Shown here one piece after another: positions 28,293-36,473 of a DNA stretch of 52,093 nt; position 1 is the first letter of the stretch; each line of letters opens with the position of its first letter. The stretch is taken from positions 1 to 52,093 of the forward strand of contig CAZVCG010000012.1 in assembly GCA_964626265.1 (NCBI GenBank), in the 5' to 3' direction. The translations under genes and the position numbers were made by a program. This stretch comes from an uncultured Rhodospirillaceae bacterium (lineage in GTDB: Bacteria; Pseudomonadota; Alphaproteobacteria; UBA9219). The notes beneath the pieces were generated by a model that made no database searches, was not told where the DNA came from, and saw only the letters and a list, made by a program, of their open reading frames with translations.

Positions 28293-29807
28293 TAAAAGGT
28301 TGGCGTCTTGGGCCGGAAAATCCGTGCGGCAATGCGCGCCGCGGCTTTCTTCGCGGTGAAGCGCGGCAGTCGCGATCATCAAACCCACAAGAGCCATGCC
28401 CGAATGCGCCGCGAGCGGCGTGAGCGCGTCTATTGCTTGCTCCAAGCCTTCTTTGTCCCTCAACACGCCGACGTGTTTTTCCATGATGGCGCGGATGGTT
28501 CCGGCCGTGTCATCCCCGCGAAAGCGGGGATCCGGTTGCGAGCGTCCGCGAGCAGTTAAAGTAGCTAACGGCGTCTCATAGCTATGGCCGTTCTTTGATT
28601 CATATGGCGCGTTGACACGCGCCGCTGGATTCCCGCTTTCGCGGGAATGACAATTTTCAATCCCCTTTGCCACCTTCAACCCGAACACCACCGCTTCCAG
28701 CAAGGAGTTGCTCGCGAGGCGGTTCGCGCCGTGCAATCCCGTTGCCGCGACTTCGCCGCACGCCCATAGGCCGTTCAAGTTTGTGCGCCCATCGGCATCC
28801 GTCGCCACGCCGCCCATGTGGTAATGCGCCGTGGGCCGCACGGGGATCGGCTGTCGCGTCGGGTCAAGCCCAGCGCCAAGGCACAACCTGTAAATCGTCG
28901 GAAAGCGTTGCGCGAAATCGGGGATCATCCGCGCATCCAAAAACACGCGCCGCCCCTGCTGTAATTGCGCCCAGATTGCGCGCGCCACGATGTCGCGCGG
29001 CGCAAGCTCGTCGTGTTCCGAGCCGTTCATGAACCGCTCGCCGCGATCGTTGATCAATACCGCGCCTTCGCCGCGCAGGGATTCGCTTGCCAGCGGCATC
29101 GGGTCGAGGCCAACGTCGATGCCTGTCGGATGAAACTGCACAAACTCCAGATCGCGCAACGCTGCGCCAGCACGTGCCGCCAGCAAAATACCTTGTCCCC
29201 ATGAGCCATGTGGATTGGTTGTATGTGGCCACAATGCGCCCACGCCGCCCGTCGCCAAAACGATGTTGTCCGTCGCTATATGTTCTGTCTTGCCGTTGCC
29301 CACATACGTCACGCCTGTCACGCTGTTAGCATTGGTGGTGATCGCCGTCGCGTTGGCATCGTCGATCACCGTGATCGAAGGCGTTTTCAAAGCGCGCGCG
29401 GCTAAGGCTTTCGTCACCGCCGCGCCCGTACCGTCGCCATCGGCATGGACGACGCGGCGACGACCGTGGCCGCCTTCCAGACAAACGTCAATCTCGCCAG
29501 CGCGGTTTTTGTCGAACGCGACGCCCCAATCCATCAATTGTTGAATGGCCGCAGGCGCGGCTTGCGTCACCATGCGCACGATGGCGGGGTCGCACAATCC
29601 CGCGCCTGCCGCTATCGTATCCTGCGCATGAAGTTCCGGCGTGTCGTCCGGCCCCATCGCGGCGGCGATGCCGCCTTGAGCCAAAATGCTGCTGCTTTCC
29701 TGCCCGATCGTCTTACGCGTGAGCACGATAACGGGCTGCGGCGCCATCGCGAGCGCAACCGTCAATCCGGCGATACCGGAACCTATGATGACGGGGGGCT
29801 GGCTCAT
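28152..29807 (-). CDS. nadB: L-aspartate oxidase with two REP-derived segments
   Basis: IIGSGIAGL, AQGGIAAA, QFHPT, HYHMGG, GLHGANRLASNSLLE and ESRGAH. Confidence 0.96.
   Translation of the reverse strand: MSQPPVIIGSGIAGLTVALAMAPQPVIVLTRKTIGQESSSILAQGGIAAAMGPDDTPELHAQDTIAAGAGLCDPAIVRMVTQAAPAAIQQLMDWGVAFDKNRAGEIDVCLEGGHGRRRVVHADGDGTGAAVTKALAARALKTPSITVIDDANATAITTNANSVTGVTYVGNGKTEHIATDNIVLATGGVGALWPHTTNPHGSWGQGILLAARAGAALRDLEFVQFHPTGIDVGLDPMPLASESLRGEGAVLINDRGERFMNGSEHDELAPRDIVARAIWAQLQQGRRVFLDARMIPDFAQRFPTIYRLCLGAGLDPTRQPIPVRPTAHYHMGGVATDADGRTNLNGLWACGEVAATGLHGANRLASNSLLEAVVFGLKVAKGIENCHSRESGNPAARVNAPYESKNGHSYETPLATLTARGRSQPDPRFRGDDTAGTIRAIMEKHVGVLRDKEGLEQAIDALTPLAAHSGMALVGLMIATAALHREESRGAHCRTDFPAQDANLLRHSGPVSLHGAGSSRNPVYLAIGTDGTYKYPLVTTDSPTGSPLSRG
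28508..28652. repeat. palindromic element family A inserted in frame in nadB
   Basis: tgtcatccccgcgaaagcggggatcc ... ggattcccgctttcgcgggaatgaca. Confidence 0.92.
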
Positions 29808-30799
29808 TTCACCCCGATCATCCGCTCGACGGATTTCCGCGCGTCGGCGGCGATAGCTTCGGGGATCGTGATTTCATGCGTCATCGTTTCCAGCGACGCG
29901 CGAATCTTTTTCAGCGTGATGAGCTTCATATGCGGGCACATCTGGCAAGGGCGCACGAAATCGATTTCCGGATGCTGCGCGGCGATGTTGTCGCTCATTG
30001 AGCATTCGGTCATCAGCAAAGCCTTGGAAGGACGCTTAGCTTCGATCCAGTCGATCATCTGCGCGGTCGATCCGGCGTAATCGGCCACCTTGATCACGTC
30101 CGGCGGGCATTCCGGATGCGCCAGAACCGTCAGCCCCTTGTGCTGGTCGCGATACGCCTTGATTTCATCCGCCGAAAAACGTTCGTGCACTTCGCAACGC
30201 CCGCGCCACGGAATGATCTTCACGTTCGTCTGCGCAGCGACGTTGAGCGCGAGATATTCGTCGGGGATCATGATGACTTCCGGCACGCCGAGCGACTCCA
30301 CGATCTTCTTCGCGTTGCCGGAGGTGCAGCAAATGTCGGAAACCGCCTTCACGGCGGCGGAGGTGTTCACATACGTCACCACAGGAACTCCCGGATGTTT
30401 TTTCTTGAGCGCGATCACGTCCTCCGGCGTGACGGAATCCGCCAGCGAACATCCGGCCTTCGGGTCAGGCGTCAACACGGTGCGTGACGGGTTGATGAGC
30501 TTCGCCGTCTCGGCCATGAAATGCACGCCCGCGACGACGATCACGTCGGCTTGCGTTTTCGCGGCTTCGCGGGCGAGGGCGAGCGAGTCCCCCATAATGT
30601 CGGCGACGCCGTGAAAGATTTCCGGCGTCATATAATTGTGGGCGAGAATGATCGCGTTGCGCTCTTTCTTCAGGCGCTGAATATCCAGAACGTCGGCGGC
30701 GAACGTCGCCCACTCTTCGGGGGGGACGACGTTCCTCACCTTCGCGTAGATTTCCGCCGTGGCCTCAAGAGCCTTGTTAACGGAACTGAAAGCGTCCAT
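29804..30799 (-). CDS. nadA: quinolinate synthase A
   Basis: LAHNY, GDSL, HFMAETAK, AGCSLA, CEVH, AHPEC and CPHMK. Confidence 0.97.
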   Translation of the reverse strand: MDAFSSVNKALEATAEIYAKVRNVVPPEEWATFAADVLDIQRLKKERNAIILAHNYMTPEIFHGVADIMGDSLALAREAAKTQADVIVVAGVHFMAETAKLINPSRTVLTPDPKAGCSLADSVTPEDVIALKKKHPGVPVVTYVNTSAAVKAVSDICCTSGNAKKIVESLGVPEVIMIPDEYLALNVAAQTNVKIIPWRGRCEVHERFSADEIKAYRDQHKGLTVLAHPECPPDVIKVADYAGSTAQMIDWIEAKRPSKALLMTECSMSDNIAAQHPEIDFVRPCQMCPHMKLITLKKIRASLETMTHEITIPEAIAADARKSVERMIGVK

Positions 30800-30802
30800 A
30801 AA

Positions 30803-30823
30803 TTATGCTCCTTTTGAGCATTA
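30803..30823. promoter_or_regulatory. NadQ operator-like palindrome overlapping the nadA RBS
   Basis: ttatgctcc-ttt-tgagcatta, a 21-bp imperfect palindrome. Confidence 0.75.
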
Positions 30824-30876
30824 ATAGGCCATAAAAAATATGCCGAGGTCCCGCGCGAGTCCTGAGCACAGCTTTT

Positions 30877-30897
30877 ATATAGTCACAGTGAGCATAA
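30877..30897. promoter_or_regulatory. second NadQ operator-like palindrome
   Basis: atatagtca-cag-tgagcataa; same 9-3-9 geometry as 30803-30823. Confidence 0.6.
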
Positions 30898-30940
30898 TGT
30901 GTCAAACTTGTAACCAAAAAGTTAAGAAAGTTAAGGCGTT

Positions 30941-32023
30941 ATGAACATCAAAACCCCCGAAAACGTCGGAATCGAACTCAGCGCCGTCATCGTGGCGGTT
31001 ACGCGCAACGAGCCTCAGGTTATGTTGTTGCCGTCCCGCGCCTTGCCTTCGGGGCCTTTCAGCACCCATCACCGCACGCTGGAGCAGGGGCTTCGCGCAT
31101 GGGTCGATGCCCACATCGGCCTCAAGCTCGGCTACGTCGAACAGCTTTACACGTTTGCCGACAAGGACCGCACTGCCGACAACATGCGCGCCGTATCCAT
31201 CGGTTATTTGGCTTTGGCGCGCGCGCCTACGGTGAAAAACGGCGATCAGGAAAAAGAAACTCTAAAAATATTTCCTTGGTACGATTTTTTTCCGTGGGAA
31301 GACCGCCGCAAAGGCGTGCCGGCCGTAACGGATCACATCTTAAAAGCTTTGACGCAATGGAAAGCCGCTGCACCGGATGCCGCCACCCGCAAAGCGCGCG
31401 ATAACCGCATCGCCATCAACTTTCCCAAAGACCCCCGCGCTTGGAACGAAGAACTCGTTTTGCAGCGTTACGAACTTCTATGGGAAGCGGGATTGATCGA
31501 GGAGGCGCAAAGGCATTTTTTGAGCGAGAAAAGCGTTGCAGGTAAGCACGGTAAAACTCCCTCCCCCTTGCGGGGAGGGTTGGGGAGGGGGGCAAACGAC
31601 TGGGCAGAGAATATGGCTTTATATCCAAAAAACTCTGCCAAGCGGATGGCCCCCACCCCTAACCCCTCCCGCGAGGGGAGGGGGATTTTCATCCCCGGCC
31701 TGTCCATGCCGCACGATCATCGCCGCATTCTTGCGACGGGCATCGCACGGTTGCGCGCCAAGATCAAATACCGTCCCGTCGTGTTCGAACTGATGGCCGA
31801 ACGCTTCACGCTTCTACAATTGCAGAATACCGTCGAAGCGCTGGCGGGCTTGCGTTTGCACAAGCAAAACTTCCGCCGCCTTGTGCAAGGGCAGGGGCTT
31901 GTCGAGGAAACCAGCGGAACGACAAGCGACACGCGCGGCCGTCCGGCGAAACTCTTCGCCTTCCGCCATGATGTCTTGCGCGAACGCGCCGCCGCAGGGA
32001 CTAAGCTGCCGCGTAGTGGTTAG
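30941..32023 (+). CDS. nadQ: Nudix-like NAD biosynthesis regulator NadQ (COG4111), with in-frame palindromic insertion
   Basis: LGYVEQLYTF, DHRRILATG, KYRPVVFELM and LHKQNFRRLV; divergent from nadABC. Confidence 0.88.
   Translation: MNIKTPENVGIELSAVIVAVTRNEPQVMLLPSRALPSGPFSTHHRTLEQGLRAWVDAHIGLKLGYVEQLYTFADKDRTADNMRAVSIGYLALARAPTVKNGDQEKETLKIFPWYDFFPWEDRRKGVPAVTDHILKALTQWKAAAPDAATRKARDNRIAINFPKDPRAWNEELVLQRYELLWEAGLIEEAQRHFLSEKSVAGKHGKTPSPLRGGLGRGANDWAENMALYPKNSAKRMAPTPNPSREGRGIFIPGLSMPHDHRRILATGIARLRAKIKYRPVVFELMAERFTLLQLQNTVEALAGLRLHKQNFRRLVQGQGLVEETSGTTSDTRGRPAKLFAFRHDVLRERAAAGTKLPRSG
31557..31684. repeat. palindromic element family B inserted in frame in nadQ
   Basis: ctccctcccccttgcggggagggttggggagggg ... 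ccccacccctaacccctcccgcgaggggagggg. Confidence 0.88.
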
Positions 32024-32177
32024 CTTTAAACTGGAATTTGCTTAAATAAATCGCCTTTCGCTTCATATTTATTAAGGAAAAGTTACGCCTCTCGTCACAT
32101 ATTCCCCTTAACCATTTCGAAAGCGGGCCTGACTATACTTCGCGAGCCGCGCTCACGAATTAAGCCACGATATTCTC

Positions 32178-33857
32178 ATGATTAAACGCCTCACTATCGC
32201 CAACTTCGTCATCATCGACAAGCTTACGGTCGAGTTCGGCGAAGGCCTGACCGTCGTTACGGGCGAAACCGGCGCCGGCAAATCGATCCTGCTCGATGCG
32301 ATGGGGTTAATACTCGGCGACGAGCCCGATCGCGAGGCCATCCGGCAAGGCACCGATGAATCTTCGTTCGAAGCCGTATTCTGGCCGCCTCAGGGCCATC
32401 CGGTATGGGAGTTTTTGGCGAAACATGAAGGGCTGCAATCAAACACCACCGACATTCAGATCCGCCGCGTCTTCGATCGCAATCAAAAAGACGAAATCGT
32501 CGTGAACGGGGTCATGGTCGCGTTGCCATTCTTGAAAGAGCTTGGCGTATACCTTGTCGAAATCCACGGCCAGTTCGCTAACCAGAATTTCCTCTCGCCG
32601 GAATCCCAGCTTAATTTGCTGGACGCTTTCGGCAACTATCCGCCGGGCATTCTGGAAAACGTCGCGAAAGCGTGGGACGACATCGGGCGGCTCACCAAGG
32701 AGCTTGAGGACGAACAGAAATTCCTCGCCGTGGCCGAGCGCGAAAAAACAGGCATCCAACGCCTTGTGGCCAAGGTCGAAAAGCTCGGCCTCAAAAAAGG
32801 CCTTGTCGAAGATCTGAAAGCCCAACTCGCCTATCTGTGCAACCGTCGCGACATCCGCGAGCTGTTTCAGACGATCAACGCCCAACTTGTCGCTCAATCC
32901 GGCGCGGAATTGTCGCTCGCGCGTGTCGACAGGCTTCTGGCGGGGCAAAAAGACCCCGTGCTCGACAAAATGAAGGAATGCGTCAAAATCGCGTACGAGA
33001 AAACGCACGAAGCTGCACAGGAAATGCAGGCTCTCGCCCCGAAATACCTCGATATCGACACCAGCAAAATACAAACGCTGGAAAAACAGCTTGGCGACAT
33101 CAAGGCCATCTCCGACGAATGCAAAATCGTGCCCGAAAAAATGTTCGATCATTACGAGATGCTGTCGAAACGCCTGGCGCGCATCATCGCCGCGCCCACG
33201 AAAATCCGCGAGCTTAACGACCAGCTCATCAAAGCGCGCGAGTTCTACCGCCATCATGCTCACATTTTGACCGAAGAACGCGAAAAGGCTGCGGAACGCC
33301 TCAGCGACGCCATCACCTCGGAAATGGCGCCGCTGAAACTGCTCAGCGCGCAAGCCAAGATCGAAGTGACGGAGGACACGAACAAGCCGACCGCGCGCGG
33401 CATCAACGAGATCATCTTCACGGCGCGCATGAACCCCGGCATGCCGTTCAGCCCCATCGCCGAAACGGCGTCGGGCGGCGAATTGGCGCGTTTGATATTG
33501 GCGATCAAGATGATCCTACAGCAAGTTCAATCCGTCTCCACGCTGGTCTTCGACGAAATCGACACCGGCATCGGCGGCGCGGCTGCGGCTGCGGTTGGCG
33601 GGCGCATAGCCAAGCTGGCCGCGTCCACGCAAATCCTCGTCATTACGCACAGCCCGCAAGTCGCTTCGCGCGGCAAGCAGCATTTTCACGTCAGCAAGCG
33701 AATTGACGGAAATTCGACGCGCACGTTCGTTGACCTGTTGTCCTACGAAAAACGCGTCGAGGAAGTTTCGCGTATGTTGGCGGGCGAAGTCCCGACCGAC
33801 CAATCGATGGCGGCGGCCAAGACCTTACTTGAGGAAGCCTTCAAGGCTGGCGGCTAA
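32178..33857 (+). CDS. recN: DNA repair protein RecN
   Basis: TGETGAGKS, EIHGQ, ASGGELAR, FDEIDTG and ITHSPQVA. Confidence 0.95.
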   Translation: MIKRLTIANFVIIDKLTVEFGEGLTVVTGETGAGKSILLDAMGLILGDEPDREAIRQGTDESSFEAVFWPPQGHPVWEFLAKHEGLQSNTTDIQIRRVFDRNQKDEIVVNGVMVALPFLKELGVYLVEIHGQFANQNFLSPESQLNLLDAFGNYPPGILENVAKAWDDIGRLTKELEDEQKFLAVAEREKTGIQRLVAKVEKLGLKKGLVEDLKAQLAYLCNRRDIRELFQTINAQLVAQSGAELSLARVDRLLAGQKDPVLDKMKECVKIAYEKTHEAAQEMQALAPKYLDIDTSKIQTLEKQLGDIKAISDECKIVPEKMFDHYEMLSKRLARIIAAPTKIRELNDQLIKAREFYRHHAHILTEEREKAAERLSDAITSEMAPLKLLSAQAKIEVTEDTNKPTARGINEIIFTARMNPGMPFSPIAETASGGELARLILAIKMILQQVQSVSTLVFDEIDTGIGGAAAAAVGGRIAKLAASTQILVITHSPQVASRGKQHFHVSKRIDGNSTRTFVDLLSYEKRVEEVSRMLAGEVPTDQSMAAAKTLLEEAFKAGG

Positions 33858-34037
33858 TACTTAAGTTTTACCAACTATTTGATATATTTATACATATTGA
33901 ACGTGAAAGTAATTCGCGTTATTCTTTCATGGAAAAACCCTACCCTGATGGCTATAGTTGTCGCGCTCGCTAAAATATTGCTATTTCGTCGTTTTAATAG
34001 ATTTTTTGGCGTCGGGGACATTTTGAAGGAATGAATA

Positions 34038-35432
34038 ATGAGTGCGGCAGGCGTAAATAAGGCCTATGTATATCGTGGCTATGACCGCTCGCCGTCGAAC
34101 GTTCTTCTGATACAACCAATTTATTCATGGAAGGCTCCCCCCAAAAAATCGCGCGCGCTATCCGCTCTATCTTCCTTGTGGAACAGAACCAAAGAGCAGG
34201 TAACGGCGGTCGCTTCGAAGATCAAGCCCGTCTCTAAACCCGTCTTGACGCGCTGCGCGGCGTATGGGGTGGCGTTCGCGCTGGTGACGACAAGCCTCTT
34301 GGGATCGTTTAACGCAAAACCGGCGCGTTCATTTATATCGAATCTATTTTCCGTTTCAAATGTGGCGGCGGCGGAGACGGAGCGCTACACGGTATCCGAT
34401 CCTGTGACGGGCGACGTGACGGAACATGAAGTCTCGCCGGACGACATTGATGCGCAGGGCTTTGAAGTCGATAATCCGGTTTCCAAACCCAAAGTGGTTA
34501 TAACCAATTATCAACAGCGCGAAAACGCCGATCCCAAAAGCTCAAAGGAATCGAAAGAGTCAAAGAAAGAGCTGACGCCCGCCCAGTTGGTCGAAAAAGC
34601 GTTTTACAGCCATAAATGCGGCGAAGAAACGGTTCCCGTCCATTATTTCGGCGAACTTCCGGAGGAGGTTCAGCGAATGCTCCTTGAGGCTGCGCAAAAG
34701 AAATCGCTTAAGGCCGTCATGGAGGCCAGCCAACAGGCCGCTGAAATACTGGCGTCAAAAGCGCGGCAATTTGGCCCTGAATACATGCGCATCGCTCTGC
34801 GCCTTTTCCGTCTGGCGGGCGAACGAAAGGAAGAAATACAAAAAAGAAAAGAAATAATGGCTGCCAAAAAACTTGCCCAAAAACCGGAAAAGGAACGTGA
34901 CCAAAAGCCGGAAAAGAGGAAACGCAAAGCCCAAACCCTTTCGCAAGCCGCAGCGTCCTCAGGGGATCAGGAAGAGGCCAAAGCCGCTCCCGAAAAAGAA
35001 GCGCAGGCCGTCGCGCCTTCTGCAAGCGTCGCTACCGGAAAGATTTTTGTCATGCCCGACGTTTACGCGTCTTTGCCGGAAAATCTGAAGCAAAGGATCG
35101 ACAGCGCGGCGAAAACGGGCGGCGTCCGGCGGCAAGCGGTCGTCGAGAGCGACATCGGGAATTTTTTTGGTAACGTCAAGCGCGATTGGGAAAAGGCCGA
35201 AACCTTCGCCTGTCGCGGCGCGTCCCGCATGGAAGAAGCGGGATTGCTCGACACCAAACTCGGCCATTTGCTGAACGGCAATTGCGCCTATTCAAGATTA
35301 CTGAATCGCGGAATCTCGCCCGCTTATTATCAGGCCCTAAAGACGCCCAAGGATAGTTTGTTCTGCAAACCGTTCCTCGCTCGCGTCATGAAAACAAAAA
35401 CCTACCGTCTTATGTTTGGTCTGAGACGCTGA
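34038..35432 (+). CDS. hypothetical membrane-anchored protein
   Basis: 464-aa ORF with one hydrophobic segment, charged low-complexity linkers and weak Sel1-like stretches. Confidence 0.7.
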   Translation: MSAAGVNKAYVYRGYDRSPSNVLLIQPIYSWKAPPKKSRALSALSSLWNRTKEQVTAVASKIKPVSKPVLTRCAAYGVAFALVTTSLLGSFNAKPARSFISNLFSVSNVAAAETERYTVSDPVTGDVTEHEVSPDDIDAQGFEVDNPVSKPKVVITNYQQRENADPKSSKESKESKKELTPAQLVEKAFYSHKCGEETVPVHYFGELPEEVQRMLLEAAQKKSLKAVMEASQQAAEILASKARQFGPEYMRIALRLFRLAGERKEEIQKRKEIMAAKKLAQKPEKERDQKPEKRKRKAQTLSQAAASSGDQEEAKAAPEKEAQAVAPSASVATGKIFVMPDVYASLPENLKQRIDSAAKTGGVRRQAVVESDIGNFFGNVKRDWEKAETFACRGASRMEEAGLLDTKLGHLLNGNCAYSRLLNRGISPAYYQALKTPKDSLFCKPFLARVMKTKTYRLMFGLRR

Positions 35433-35560
35433 GTAAAATTGCGCGTGAATGAGATGTCGCATGTTCCCTCACCAGGAAAACGTAATGTTCGCTGTTTCGC
35501 TGCTCACTAACGTTTTCTATAGCCATTTAACCTTTCATGGGGCCAAACTGCCGCAGCGAG

Positions 35561-35636
35561 GGGGACACAATAAAAAAGGCTCCGCCAATCATTTGGCTTT
35601 TGAACGGCCTTCTGTTGCCTTTTTTATTGTGTCCCC
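35561..35636. repeat. perfect 20-bp inverted repeat with 36-nt spacer (terminator-like or MITE-like)
   Basis: ggggacacaataaaaaaggc at 35561-35580 and gccttttttattgtgtcccc at 35617-35636. Confidence 0.85.
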
Positions 35637-35647
35637 ATTGCTTCCCT

Positions 35648-36276
35648 TCACCTGCTTCTTGATTCAATAAAAAGATAAACGGCTGTATCCTCACCTTCAA
35701 GGGAATAGGATAATTTGCGTATCGCCTCGATATACGCATCAGACTCTAAAGCTTTGACTCGCTCCTCTAAGGATTCAACGGTTTCATCATCTCGCAAAGC
35801 GATGCGAACCTGCGTGACGATTGGTCCCGTGTCGTATTCTTTGTCGATTAGGTGTACTGTAACGCCGGATTCTTTTTCCTTCGCGGCGATGACGGCTTCA
35901 TGCACCCGTCTGCCATACATGCCCTGACCGCCAAACTTCGGCAATAAGGAGGGGTGTGAATTTAAAATCTTCCTGTCAAACTTTTCTAATGTGACCGGTC
36001 CGATTTTTTTCATGAACCCGGCCATCACGACAAGCTCTGAATTATGTTTTGTCAAACAATCGCAAATCGCTTGGTCGATATTGTCTTCGCCGACAGTTTT
36101 TTGTTGATCACATACGAAGGAACGCCAAAGCGTTCGGCCACTTTTAATACGCCCGCGTCGGGGTTATTCGTAATCACGACCGAAGGAACGAAGCCGAGAT
36201 TCTCTTTTTCGTTTCGCTCCATCATGACGCGAAACGCGGTGCCGTTGTGCGAGGCGAGAAAGCCGATGCGGGTCAT
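35648..36276 (-). pseudogene. purN: phosphoribosylglycinamide formyltransferase split by a frameshift
   Basis: N-part RIGFLASHNGT...NNPDAGVL and C-part NSHPSLLPKFGG...GVTVHL..EYDTGPI are joined by adding one A at the A6 run (36097-36102). Confidence 0.85.
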
Positions 36277-36324
36277 AATGTCCAGTCGATCCTGTAAACC
36301 AATTAACCAATTTCGGGAGTCTGA

Positions 36325-36470
36325 GTGACGATTTTTTCACCCGGGCGGGTGAAGATTTCGGCATTTTTGCCCAAAAAAAAGGAAGATTTCGGCATTATCC
36401 CGTAAAATTCGTGCCGATCTCGGCATTATTTGAAAAACGCCCTTTTTCGGAATCATGCCAAAATCGTCAC
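36325..36470. mobile_element. 146-bp MITE-like element with 11-bp terminal inverted repeats and three 31-bp phased internal repeats
   Basis: gtgacgatttt/aaaatcgtcac; gaagatttcggcatt-like units at 36351, 36382 and 36413. Confidence 0.45.
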
Positions 36471-36473
36471 CCG

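Noticed and set aside
32439-33353. 304-aa antisense ORF over recN
   Set aside because: Shadow caused by codon bias.
36095-36105. Programmed -1 frameshift in purN
   Set aside because: The heptamer is not in the X-XXY-YYZ phase and I saw no stimulatory structure; kept only as an indel.
36351-36443. CRISPR array or plasmid iterons
   Set aside because: Only three degenerate units with 16-nt gaps; no cas or rep gene nearby.
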